This document shows positions 26,894 through 36,820 of a DNA stretch of 64,000 nucleotides, piece after piece. The stretch is from contig CAYWAH010000001.1 in NCBI GenBank assembly GCA_964456505.1, forward strand, positions 37,464-101,463, given 5' to 3'. The translations under genes and the position numbers were made by a program. Each line of letters opens with the position of its first letter. Position 1 is the first letter of the stretch. The stretch is from an uncultured Clostridium sp. GTDB taxonomy: Bacteria > Bacillota > Clostridia > TANB77 > CAG-508. The notes beneath the pieces are model-generated. The model was not told the DNA's origin, searched no databases, and saw only the letters and a program-made list of their open reading frames with translations.

Positions 26894-28330
26894 ATGTCAG
26901 GAGATTATGAAACAATAATTGGACTTGAGGTCCATGCAGAATTAAAAACAAAAACAAAAGTATTCTGTTCTTGCAAAAATAGTTTCGGCGATGAGCCAAA
27001 CACAAATGTATGCCCAATATGTATGGCATTGCCTGGAGCACTTCCAACATTAAACGAAAGTGTTGTTGAATATGCCGTAAAAGCAGGACTTGCAACAAAT
27101 TGCTCTATTTCGCAAGATAGTAAAAACGATAGAAAAAATTATTTCTATCCAGATTTACCAAAATCATATCAGATTTCTCAATATGATAAGCCATTATGCA
27201 ATCATGGCTATATTGAAATTGAAGGCGATGATGGTAACACAAAAAAGATTAGAATTTTAAGAATACATATTGAGGAAGATGCAGGAAAATTAAACCATAA
27301 TGAATTTTCTGGTGGAAGCTTAGTTGACTTAAATAGATCAGGAGTTCCATTAATTGAAATTGTATCAGAACCAGATATACGTTCAAGTACTGAAGCAGAT
27401 AGATATTTAAGAAAACTAAAATCAATTTTGCAATACATTGAAGTATCTGATTGTAAGATGGAAGAAGGTTCTTTAAGAGCAGATGTAAACGTTTCTGTAC
27501 ATAAAATTGGAGAACCATTTGGCACACGTCATGAAATGAAAAACATGAGCTCATTTAAATCAATTCAAAGAGCAATTGATTATGAAAGCATGGCTCAACA
27601 GCAAGAACTTGAAAAAGGAAATACCATTGAACAGGACACAATGAGATGGGATGATGTTCAAGGAAGAACATATATAATGAGATCTAAAGAGGATGCTCAA
27701 GATTACAGATATTTCCCAGAACCAGATCTAGTTGCAATAAAACTTTCAGATGAATACATAGAAAACGTTAGAAAGAATTTGCCAGAATTACCTGAAAGTA
27801 GAAAAGCAAGATATATGAAGGAAATAGGACTTTCAGAGAAAGATGCAAAAGCATTAACTTCATCAAAAGCATATTCTGACATATTTGAAAAAGCAGGAAG
27901 CATTTGCAAAAATTACAAGGGAGTATGCAATTGGTTAACATCTGATATTGCTAGAATTTTAAATGAGAATGAAATGGAACCAGATGATATTCCATTTACA
28001 GCAGAGCAATTGGCAGAACTTGTTGAATTAATTGACAATGGAACTATTAGCTCAAAAATTGGAAAAGACGTAATAGAGGAAATGTTTAAAAATCCACGTT
28101 CTCCAAAGGACATAGTAAAGGAAAATGGTTGGATACAAATTTCAGATGAATCTGAAATTCAAGAATTAGTTGATAGAATACTAGAGGCAAATCCTCAATC
28201 TATTATTGATTTTAAAACAGGAAAAGATAGAGCTTTAGGATTTTTAGTTGGTCAAGCCATGAAGGAAACCAAGGGCAAAGCCAATCCTAAAATGCTAAAC
28301 GAGATGTTCTTAAAAGGACTAAACAAGTAA
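26894..28330 (+). CDS. gatB: Aspartyl/glutamyl-tRNA amidotransferase subunit B
   Basis: The N-terminus is YETIIGLEVHAEL. The protein is 478 aa and has a C-terminal GatB/YqeY domain. Confidence 0.9.
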   Translation: MSGDYETIIGLEVHAELKTKTKVFCSCKNSFGDEPNTNVCPICMALPGALPTLNESVVEYAVKAGLATNCSISQDSKNDRKNYFYPDLPKSYQISQYDKPLCNHGYIEIEGDDGNTKKIRILRIHIEEDAGKLNHNEFSGGSLVDLNRSGVPLIEIVSEPDIRSSTEADRYLRKLKSILQYIEVSDCKMEEGSLRADVNVSVHKIGEPFGTRHEMKNMSSFKSIQRAIDYESMAQQQELEKGNTIEQDTMRWDDVQGRTYIMRSKEDAQDYRYFPEPDLVAIKLSDEYIENVRKNLPELPESRKARYMKEIGLSEKDAKALTSSKAYSDIFEKAGSICKNYKGVCNWLTSDIARILNENEMEPDDIPFTAEQLAELVELIDNGTISSKIGKDVIEEMFKNPRSPKDIVKENGWIQISDESEIQELVDRILEANPQSIIDFKTGKDRALGFLVGQAMKETKGKANPKMLNEMFLKGLNK

Positions 28331-28331
28331 T

Positions 28332-28370
28332 AAAAAGTGAACTAGCATAAATGCTAGTTCACTTTTTAAT
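28332..28370. terminator. Bidirectional rho-independent terminator between gatB (+) and the SASP gene (-)
   Basis: The perfect 17-bp stem AAAAAGTGAACTAGCAT / ATGCTAGTTCACTTTTT is flanked by A/T runs on both sides. Confidence 0.75.
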
Positions 28371-28379
28371 TTAAAGAGG

Positions 28380-28565
28380 TTATTTGTTAAGTTGAGATTC
28401 AGCTTGTTGAATCATTTTCTTAACCATATTTCCACCAACTTTACCTGCATCTTTAGATGTAACATTATCTTTATCTAATGAAACACCTAATTCGTTAGCA
28501 ACTTCATACTTAAACTTGTCTAAAGCTTCAGGCTTTTTTGCACTTTTTCTTGGTCTTCCAGCCAT
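28380..28565 (-). CDS. ssp: Small acid-soluble spore protein, alpha/beta type
   Basis: The 61 aa protein carries the conserved KFKYEVANELGV...GKVGGNMVKKMI alpha/beta-SASP core. A GGAGGTG RBS lies 7 nt before the ATG (MAGRPRK). Confidence 0.7.
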   Translation of the reverse strand: MAGRPRKSAKKPEALDKFKYEVANELGVSLDKDNVTSKDAGKVGGNMVKKMIQQAESQLNK

Positions 28566-28663
28566 GATTTTCACCTCCATAGATTATTGAAAAGAATTTG
28601 CTCTTTTCGTTATATATGATGCTCAATTTTTTTAAAATTATTATAGTAAAATGAAAAAAATTG

Positions 28664-28692
28664 TTGTTAAATAAAATTAGTTGTGATATTAT
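28664..28692 (+). promoter_or_regulatory. glmM promoter: -35 TTGTTA (28664-28669), 17 nt, TG-extended -10 TGaTATTAT (28684-28692)
   Basis: The hexamers and spacing fit. The 13-mer TTGTGATATTATT is identical to the gatC promoter. Confidence 0.45.
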
Positions 28693-28767
28693 TTAGCCGT
28701 AGAGTGATTTTACGAAAGCAAATAAATTGGGGATTAAATAAATAATAATACATAAAGAGGTTTGACT

Positions 28768-30129
28768 ATGAAATATTTTGGAACTGATGGTATTAGAAGA
28801 ATTGCAAATAGTGAATTAACACCAGAACTCGTTTACAGAGTTGCTAAAGCAGGTGCTTATGTACTTGCAAAACATTCAAACAAAAGACCTACAATTTTAA
28901 TTGGAAGAGACACACGTATTTCAGGTACTTTAATTGAAAGCGCTATGACAGCAGGATTTTTAAGTTATGGCGCAAATGTTAAATTGATCGGAGTTATTCC
29001 AACACCTGGTGTTGCATATTTAACAAAAAAATTAAAAGCAGATGCAAGTGTTGTTATTTCTGCATCACATAATAAATATGATTTTAATGGCGTAAAATAC
29101 TTTAGCAATAAGGGTATGAAAATTTCAGATTCTTTGGAAGAAGAAATTGAAGATGTTCTTGAATCTGGAAAAGTAGATGAACTTAGAGCTGAAAGCAACA
29201 AAATTGGTGTTTCAGAAAATGCAGAGTATTTGCTAGATGAATATTTATATTTCTTTAGAAAGAATTTTGAAGATGATTTTGAAAAATTGCATTCTGAAGA
29301 TTTCACTGTTGCAATTGACACTGCAAATGGTGCTACATCAGTAATTGCGGACAAAGTATACACTGCACTTGGAATTAATCATTACATTATAAACAATACA
29401 CCAAATGGAATAAATATAAATGACAATTGTGGTTCAACACATATTGATGGACTTAAGAAATTTGTTGTTCAAAATAAATGTGATTTAGGCATTGCATATG
29501 ATGGCGATGGAGATAGATGCTTAGCTGTTGATGAAAATGGAAATGAAATTGATGGTGATGTTATTATGGCTATAGTTTCAAATTACTTAAAGAAAAATGG
29601 CAAATTAAAAAATAACACTTTAGTTGCGACAGTTATGAGCAATTTAGGATTAAGAAAATATTGCGAAAAGAATGGAATTACCTTTAAACAAACAACAGTT
29701 GGAGATAGATATGTACTTGAAGAAATGTTAAAAAGTGAAGATAATATGGGTGGAGAACAATCTGGACATATTATTTTCTTGGATTACAATCCAACAGGAG
29801 ATGGAATTCTAACATCATTAATGTTAATAAAGGTTATTCTTGAAAGCAAAGAAAAAGTTTCAGAGTTAGAAAAAATAATAGACATTTATCCACAAGTTTT
29901 GATAAATGCAAAAGTAAATTCAGACAAAAAATATGATTTTGATAAAGATGAAGAAATAAATAAAGAAATAGAAAAATTAAATAATGAGTTTGCTGGAAAT
30001 GGACGTGTACTTATCAGAGCATCAGGCACTGAACCATTAGTTCGTGTAATGATAGAAGGTCAAGATAAAGAATACATAACTGAAAAAGCAAATGCAATAG
30101 CAAAACTTATCGAAGAGAAATTAAAATAA
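28768..30129 (+). CDS. glmM: Phosphoglucosamine mutase
   Basis: It has the N-terminus KYFGTDGIRR, the active-site Ser in SASHNKYDFNGVKYF, and the Mg-binding motif DGDGDRC. A GAGG RBS lies 9 nt upstream of the ATG at 28768. Confidence 0.85.
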   Translation: MKYFGTDGIRRIANSELTPELVYRVAKAGAYVLAKHSNKRPTILIGRDTRISGTLIESAMTAGFLSYGANVKLIGVIPTPGVAYLTKKLKADASVVISASHNKYDFNGVKYFSNKGMKISDSLEEEIEDVLESGKVDELRAESNKIGVSENAEYLLDEYLYFFRKNFEDDFEKLHSEDFTVAIDTANGATSVIADKVYTALGINHYIINNTPNGININDNCGSTHIDGLKKFVVQNKCDLGIAYDGDGDRCLAVDENGNEIDGDVIMAIVSNYLKKNGKLKNNTLVATVMSNLGLRKYCEKNGITFKQTTVGDRYVLEEMLKSEDNMGGEQSGHIIFLDYNPTGDGILTSLMLIKVILESKEKVSELEKIIDIYPQVLINAKVNSDKKYDFDKDEEINKEIEKLNNEFAGNGRVLIRASGTEPLVRVMIEGQDKEYITEKANAIAKLIEEKLK

Positions 30130-30151
30130 TTATAAGAAAGAGGTATAAAAA

Positions 30152-31081
30152 ATGGGATTAGTTAGTTCAAAAGAAATGTTTGAAAAATCAATGAAAGAGC
30201 ATTTTGCAATAGGCGCTTTCAATATCAATAATATGGAATTTGTACAAGCAATATTAGATGCTGCTGCAGAAGAAAATTCTCCAGTAATTTTACAAACATC
30301 ATCAAGTGCAATCAAATATGCAAGAATTCCATATTTGAAAAAAATGGTTGAGGCAGGATTAGAGGAACATGATGTTCCTGTGGTATTGCATTTGGACCAT
30401 GGTCCAGACTTCGAAACATGCAAACTTTGTGTTGATAATGGATACACATCAGTTATGTTTGATGGATCAAAATATGATTATGAGCAAAATGTAGAATTAA
30501 CAAAACAAGTAGTTGACTATGCACACGCACATGGAGTTGTTGTAGAAGCCGAACTTGGAAAATTAGCAGGAATCGAAGATGAAGTAAATGTTGCAGACAG
30601 TGATGCAATGTTTACAAATCCAGAACAAGCAAAAGACTTTGTAGAAAGAACAGGCTGTGATTCTTTAGCAATTGCAATAGGTACAAGCCATGGCGCATAT
30701 AAATTTAAAGGAGAGCCACATTTACGTTTTGATATTCTTGAAAAGGTAAAAGAATTATTACCAAACGAACCAATCGTTTTGCATGGTGCATCTACTGTTA
30801 TTCAAGAATATGTTCAAGAATGCAACAAATATGGAGCAAATTTACCAGGAGCACAAGGTTGCCCAGATGAGATGTTACATGAAGCAGCATTAAGAGGCGT
30901 TTCAAAAATCAATGTTGATACAGATTTGAGATTAGCTATGACTGCTGGAATTAGAAAAACATTTGTTGAAAGTCCAGAAATATTTGACCCAAGAAAATAT
31001 ATGGGACTTGGAAGAGACTACATCAAAGAGACAGTAAAACACAAGATGAGAGATGTATTTGGCTGCAGCCAAAAGGCATAG
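30152..31081 (+). CDS. fba: Fructose-bisphosphate aldolase, class II
   Basis: The protein is collinear with Bacillus FbaA, with AIGAFNINNMEF, LHLDHG (Zn ligands), GTSHGAYK and VLHGAS. Confidence 0.85.
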   Translation: MGLVSSKEMFEKSMKEHFAIGAFNINNMEFVQAILDAAAEENSPVILQTSSSAIKYARIPYLKKMVEAGLEEHDVPVVLHLDHGPDFETCKLCVDNGYTSVMFDGSKYDYEQNVELTKQVVDYAHAHGVVVEAELGKLAGIEDEVNVADSDAMFTNPEQAKDFVERTGCDSLAIAIGTSHGAYKFKGEPHLRFDILEKVKELLPNEPIVLHGASTVIQEYVQECNKYGANLPGAQGCPDEMLHEAALRGVSKINVDTDLRLAMTAGIRKTFVESPEIFDPRKYMGLGRDYIKETVKHKMRDVFGCSQKA

Positions 31082-31119
31082 ATTTTAATATGTAAAAATA
31101 ATAAATGTTAAATATATTA

Positions 31120-31260
31120 ATTTTGCATGCCCGCGCAGCGAGCAACCGGAGCGCAAGCGAAGGGCGAATGATTATACTTTCAGATCAGTAGTCCGAAATT
31201 CACTTTTTTAAAAGTGAATTGAGTGACATTATAAAAGCATAATCCGGTAAGGGCAAAAAA
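31120..31260 (+). ncRNA. GC-rich structured intergenic element (candidate cis-regulatory or small RNA) between fba and smpB
   Basis: The tract gcatgcccgcgcagcgagcaaccggagcgcaagcgaagggcg is about 70% GC in a genome below 30% GC. It is followed by a perfect 11-bp hairpin AATTCACTTTT-TT-AAAAGTGAATT (31197-31220). The 5' GCCC can pair with the 3' GGGC (ccggtaagggc). Confidence 0.3.
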
Positions 31261-31326
31261 ATTAATATATTTAACTTTAATAAAATTTAATTATAATTTA
31301 GTTAAATTTATTTAAGGAAAAATTTT

Positions 31327-31773
31327 ATGATAAAAACAATTGCGAAGAACCCAACTGCATATCACAATTACGAAATACTCGATTCAATCGAAGCGGGCAT
31401 TGTTCTTTATGGCACAGAAATAAAATCAATAAGAGCAGGAAAAGTAAACTTAAAAGATAGCTATGCAATCATTGAAAAAAATAGAGAAGTATTTGTATAT
31501 TCAATGAATATAAGCAAATATGAACAAGGAAATATCTTTAATCAAGATCCATTGAGACCTAAAAAGTTACTTTTAAATAAAAGAGAAATAAATAAGCTAA
31601 TAGGCTTAACATCACAAAAAGGTTATTCTTTAATTCCAATTGAGTTATATTTTAAGGATAATTTGGTTAAAATGAAGTTAGGCATCGGCAGAGGTAAGAA
31701 ATTATATGATAAAAGAGAAGACATTAAAAAGAGAGAAGCCGATAGAAAAATAGAAAGATATGTAAATAGGTAA
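31327..31773 (+). CDS. smpB: SsrA-binding protein SmpB
   Basis: It carries the motifs [23 protein letters not shown] and LLLNKREI. The protein is 148 aa. Confidence 0.85.
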   Translation: MIKTIAKNPTAYHNYEILDSIEAGIVLYGTEIKSIRAGKVNLKDSYAIIEKNREVFVYSMNISKYEQGNIFNQDPLRPKKLLLNKREINKLIGLTSQKGYSLIPIELYFKDNLVKMKLGIGRGKKLYDKREDIKKREADRKIERYVNR

Positions 31774-31777
31774 GGTT

Positions 31778-32299
31778 ATGTTTTGGCTTGGACAATTATT
31801 TGGATTGATTGCAATTATTTTTATTGTAATTTCAATACAGCAAAATAATAAAAAGAAGATTTTAATTCTTCAAATTTTAAGCAATTGCTGTTATGCTTTG
31901 CAATATGTGTTTCTTGGAGCATATACAGCAACTATTTCTTGCTTGATTGGAATTTGTAGAGGAATTCTTTTTGAAAAGTTTTGCACAAACAATAAAAAGA
32001 AGAATCCAATATGGGTACTATTATTGGTAATTGCAATGTCATTAGTTAACGGAATTGCAACATATAAGGATCCATATAGTATTTTAGCAATTATTTCTCC
32101 AATTATTTATGGATATGGATTATGGCAAAATAATTTGAAATTGTTTAGAATAATTGCTTTGCTAAACCCAATTTTGTGGATTTTTTATAATATACATGTA
32201 CAAGCATATACTGGAATTATCTCATCAGTATTTGAAATTACTTCCGCTGTTATTGCAATTTATAGATATGATATAAAAAAGCAGAATCCAAGCAAGTAA
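31778..32299 (+). CDS. Small polytopic inner-membrane protein (YgjV-like)
   Basis: The 173 aa protein has 5-6 predicted TM helices. Its N-terminus LGQLFGLIAIIF...S is reminiscent of the Imp-YgjV family. Confidence 0.4.
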   Translation: MFWLGQLFGLIAIIFIVISIQQNNKKKILILQILSNCCYALQYVFLGAYTATISCLIGICRGILFEKFCTNNKKKNPIWVLLLVIAMSLVNGIATYKDPYSILAIISPIIYGYGLWQNNLKLFRIIALLNPILWIFYNIHVQAYTGIISSVFEITSAVIAIYRYDIKKQNPSK

Positions 32300-32467
32300 A
32301 AAATCATAAAATCTTTTATAAGATATTGTATTTTCTGGTTAAATAATGTAGAATAATACACAAGTTAAAGGCAAAAAGTAGAAAACTTTTTTGAACCTCT
32401 CGACAGAATATTACACAAAATACTAAAGATAAGTTGTACAATTAACGAAAAAGGTTAGAGGTGAAAA

Positions 32468-34946
32468 ATGATACAGAATATTCCGAATTATAATAATGAT
32501 AAAGTTAATAGCACAAGTGAAAGTAATACTACTTTTGATAATATAAATTTTCGTGAAACATTTTCAAAATTATTTACGATTCCAAATATTATTATTTACA
32601 TTCTTACACTAATGATTTCCATGGTTAGTTTAGGACCAAATAGTACAATGGTAATTGCACCATTTGGATTGGCTTTGGTATTTGCTCTTTCAAGTAATGG
32701 CATGCCAATTCTTATGGTTTATTTGTCATCTTTAATAGGTACGGCAATAAAGTTTCGGATTTAAAACTACTTTGATGTATGTTTTTACAAGTGCAGTAAT
32801 GTTTGCGATGATACTTACTAGAAAGCCAAAGCAAAATTATGAAGAACAAGAGCAAATGAAACTCGGAGGATATCTTGCATTATCAACATTGATTGTATCT
32901 CTTATTAAAATGATATTCACATCGTTTTACATATATGATTTAATTGTTGCATTAACTTTGAGCATAACAACATATATCTTTTATAAAATATTTGTAAATT
33001 CTACTTCTGTAATTAGAGAATATGAAGTTAAAAAAGTTTTCTCTATAGAGGAGGTTGTGGGTGCAAGCCTACTTGTTACAATTGCAGTTTCTGCTTTAGG
33101 AAATCTTTCTATATTTTCATTTTCAATAAGAAACATTATTTGCATTTTCATTGTGTTGATGCTAGGTTACAGAAATGGAATTTTATTAGGTGGTATTTCT
33201 GGTATAACTGTTGGAATTGTGCTTGGAATAATAGGTAATGCTGATCCAATTATCATTGGCACTTATGCAATTTCTGGAATGATTGCAGGTTTATTAAATA
33301 GATTTGGAAAAATTGGAGTTATTGTTGGTTTCTTTTTAGGAAACATCATTATTACTTATGCTCAAAATGGTGGTACAAATAATATCATAAAATATCAAGA
33401 AATTTTGATTGCTGCAATTGGATTATTAGCACTTCCTAAAAATGTAAAACTTGATATTGATGAAATTTTACCAAAAACAAAATTGTTGCCAGAGGCTTCA
33501 AAAGAACTTGAAGAGGGTACTGAAACAATTTTAAAATTAAATACAATTACAAAAACACTAGACAACATTTCAAAAAACACAGAAACAAAACAGGACTTTG
33601 ATAAAAACGAAGAGCTATTTGAAGATGAAGTTTCTAAACAAATTGAAGGAATGGAAAATAATATTTTATATGACTATTTTGCAGAAAATGAAAATAATTT
33701 GTTAAATGACACTTTTGAAAACATTATTGACAATGGCATTCTTACAGAGAATGGAATGATCTCAATTTTAGCTAAACACAATATCTATGTTATGAATTCA
33801 AAAAATAGTGAAGTTAATGAAAAAGAAAAACAAGAAATTCGTGATATGATAAAAGCATTAAATTCAGCTTTCAGAATTTGCAAAAATAGTGCAGTTTGGC
33901 AAAAGAAAATAATCGAAAATAACAATCATATCAATAGTGAAATCAACAATGTTAAGCAAGCAATAAATGATATTAAGGACGAAATCTCAACAACAATTAC
34001 TGAAGATGATAAGTTTAAAGAATATAAAACAAAAATAATAAATGTGCTTAAAGACAATCATATTGAATTAAAAGATTTACATATAAAGCAAGAAAAATCA
34101 GGAAAATATATTGTAAATGCTACAGCAAATGTATGTGATAGTTTCGATGGCAAGAATTGCCCAATGAAAAAAATTCAAAGAGAAATATCAAGAGCATTGG
34201 ATGAAAAAGTTGAATTACAAAATCAGGTATGTGGATTAAGAGAAGGAAAAAGCAATTGTGAATTTACATTTACATCTTGTGACAAATATGTATTGCAAAT
34301 TGGAATGGCAAAAGCTAAAAAAGACGATAGCATTATTTCAGGAGATATGACTTCTTCTGTTAGATTAAATGACGGAAAGTATATGCTTGCTATAAGCGAT
34401 GGAATGGGGACAGGCCCTGATGCTAAAAGAAATAGTAATATTGCAATAAGCATGCTTGAAAGATTATTAACATCAGGATTTAATAAGGAAACATCTATCA
34501 ACTTAATTAATTCAGCAATACTTTCTGCCAATAAGGAAGAAATGTATGCAACACTTGATGTTGAAATACTTGATTTGTTTGCTGGTAAGATTGAGATACT
34601 TAAAAATGGAGCGTGCCCAACTTACATAAAAAGAAATAAAAATGTTATCATGGTAAAATCAAATTCACTCCCAACTGGAATTGTAGATAATGTGAAAATT
34701 GATACATATGATAAGGATTTGGAAGATGGAGATATTATTGTAATTTGCTCTGATGGTATTTTAGAGTCAAATAAAGAATATCAAAATCCAGAACAATGGC
34801 TTAAATATTTGCTAGAAGATATTAACACAGATAGCCCAGAAAGAATAGCAGACATTATTTTAAAAGAATCAGTAGATAATGATTTTGGTAAGCCAAAAGA
34901 TGACATGAGTGTAATAACAATAAAAGTAAGTAGTATAAATAAATAA
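32468..34946 (+). pseudogene. spoIIE: Stage II sporulation protein E (PP2C phosphatase SpoIIE), interrupted by a +1 frameshift near 32750-32775 (N-terminal ORF 32468-32764 and main ORF 32772-34946)
   Basis: The 98-aa N-terminal polytopic fragment (GAGGTG RBS) ends at TAA 32762-32764. The remainder continues in another frame, with more TM helices, a regulatory region and the C-terminal PP2C domain (ISDGMGTG, ICSDGI). The combined length of 822 aa is close to the 827 aa of Bacillus SpoIIE. Confidence 0.7.
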
Positions 34947-34974
34947 GCAATTCTATTGAATTTCATTTTATATA

Positions 34975-35979
34975 ATGCTAAAATACATATATAAAATTAT
35001 TGAAATGGAGTTTGCTTTGAAAAAGAAAAATACAGTTATTTTTAATAGTAATGATGAATATAGAGCAAGTAGGAAACTAATTGCTCTTATTGTTATGGTC
35101 ATTTTTTTAACAATTTCACTAGTTAGAATATTTTCAATAAAACATGTAAATGATGAATTTGCAAAACAAGCAGACAATTTCTTTAAGTTAAACGAAAAAA
35201 CTGTTTATAGTATTGATAAAATTTATATGTATAGCAGTGCTGATGCAATAAAAAATAAAGTAACAAGACCTTTATGGAATTTAGATATTTACCAGTACAC
35301 AGATATTGCTTTATATATTAATAATAGAGATGACAATAAATTGGATTATGAAAACTCAATAAAAGAGATGTACATTGAAAATGTAAAGTTTAGCAATTTT
35401 AACAAAGGAGAACAAAAACTATACTATAAAAATCCAAATTATTTTGGAAGAGGAATATTTAACTATTATTCTGCAAGCACAGATGAAAATCAAGAAAACT
35501 CAAATACAACAAATGAAAATATTTCAAATGCAGATGATACAAATTCTAATTCCGATGAAACAAGCGAAAATAATCAAGACATAAAAAATATTGAAGTAAA
35601 CCCAAAGCTTGCATATCAAGTATTAAATAATGGAGATTTAGACTATTCTAAACCTGAAATATATTGTGATGCTACAAATCCAATTACATTGGAATTTGTA
35701 AATCAAAATGTAAAGAAAAATCAAATTTTATCTGATGTTACAACAGATGTAACTTATAATGGAAGTTTGTTAAAGAGAGCAGGAGTTGTTCTTTCAGATA
35801 TTTCAGGTAGTGTGTCTTTTGAAATTGTAATAATCAACAATTACGACCAAAAATATATATGTAATGTATATTTAGAAATACCATTGAATGACACTGTCAC
35901 AGGAAAAAATATTTATGATGGTAAATTTGAAAAAACTCAAGATCAAGAAAATATTTTCAAATTTTATAGAACAAAATAG
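34975..35979 (+). CDS. Hypothetical membrane-anchored protein
   Basis: It has one N-terminal TM helix (LIALIVMVIFLTISLV). No family was recognised and the start is uncertain. Confidence 0.4.
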   Translation: MLKYIYKIIEMEFALKKKNTVIFNSNDEYRASRKLIALIVMVIFLTISLVRIFSIKHVNDEFAKQADNFFKLNEKTVYSIDKIYMYSSADAIKNKVTRPLWNLDIYQYTDIALYINNRDDNKLDYENSIKEMYIENVKFSNFNKGEQKLYYKNPNYFGRGIFNYYSASTDENQENSNTTNENISNADDTNSNSDETSENNQDIKNIEVNPKLAYQVLNNGDLDYSKPEIYCDATNPITLEFVNQNVKKNQILSDVTTDVTYNGSLLKRAGVVLSDISGSVSFEIVIINNYDQKYICNVYLEIPLNDTVTGKNIYDGKFEKTQDQENIFKFYRTK

Positions 35980-35988
35980 GAAGTGAAA

Positions 35989-36816
35989 ATGACAATAAAT
36001 GAACTAACAAAATATGCTACAAATAATGGAATTGATATATTAGATGCAAAAGAATTATTAAAATATGAGTTAAACGTTGATTCAAATTATTTAGTAGTAA
36101 ATTTTAAAAATGAAATAGAGAATGGCAAAGAAAAAGAGATATTGAATGCAATTGAACAAATAAAAAACGGAAAGCCATTGCAATATGTTACTCATAGGCA
36201 ACAATTTATGGGATTGAATTTTTTCGTAAATGAGAGTGTACTAATACCACAGCCTGATACTGAAGTAATTGTACAAGATGCTATAGATACAATTAAAGAC
36301 ATGAATACAAATTGTAATAGAAAAATTGAAGTTCTAGATTTATGCACTGGAAGCGGAGCAATTGCAATTTCTATTGAAAAATATATTGGAGAAAAAGCAA
36401 ATATTTTTGCTTCAGATATAAGTGAAAAAGCACTTGATGTTGCAAGAAAAAATGAAAAAACAATTTTAAACAAAGAATGCATCAAATTTATAAAATCTAA
36501 TATGTTCGAAAATATTGAAGAAAAATTTGATTTGATTGTTACAAATCCACCATACATAAAAAGTGATGAAATAAATAATCTTGCTAAAGACGTACAAAAT
36601 GAACCAAGAATCGCACTTGATGGAGGAAAAGATGGACTAAATTTTTATAGATATTTACGAAAAAATATTCAAAATCATTTAAATAAAAATGGTACCTTAA
36701 TTATGGAAATTGGATTTGATCAAAAAGATGATGTGTTAAACTTATTTGAGAATGCAATTTGCAAAAAAGATTTTGCAGGAAATGATAGAGAAATAAAATG
36801 GAATAGAGGAGAGTAA
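35989..36816 (+). CDS. prmC: Release factor glutamine N5-methyltransferase (PrmC/HemK)
   Basis: An AGGAAG RBS lies 5 nt before the start. It carries the SAM-binding motif LDLCTGSGAI and the catalytic motif VTNPPY. Confidence 0.8.
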   Translation: MTINELTKYATNNGIDILDAKELLKYELNVDSNYLVVNFKNEIENGKEKEILNAIEQIKNGKPLQYVTHRQQFMGLNFFVNESVLIPQPDTEVIVQDAIDTIKDMNTNCNRKIEVLDLCTGSGAIAISIEKYIGEKANIFASDISEKALDVARKNEKTILNKECIKFIKSNMFENIEEKFDLIVTNPPYIKSDEINNLAKDVQNEPRIALDGGKDGLNFYRYLRKNIQNHLNKNGTLIMEIGFDQKDDVLNLFENAICKKDFAGNDREIKWNRGE

Positions 36817-36820
36817 TTTT

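Noticed and set aside
28762-28767. TTG start at 28762 for glmM, and the 5'-extended starts from the ORF track for lemA (52886), priA (45228), mutS2 (41196), the MYG1 protein (22719), prmC (35983), the VWA protein (43551), the deacetylase (21004), the SASP (28580), the PBP (55138) and fmt (48073).
   Set aside because: In each case except fmt, a downstream ATG has a better-placed Shine-Dalgarno sequence and/or matches the conserved N-terminus of the family. For fmt, neither ATG has a good SD and the downstream start was chosen on homology (MKIVFMGTPDF) alone. Coordinates in the feature table use the preferred starts.
31082-31326. tmRNA (ssrA) expected next to smpB.
   Set aside because: The spacer is only 245 nt. 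It lacks a GGGG 5' end pairing with a tRNA-like 3' end (T-arm/ACCA), lacks a tag-peptide reading frame ending in AA-stop, and lacks the pseudoknot-rich tmRNA organisation. ssrA must lie elsewhere in the genome.
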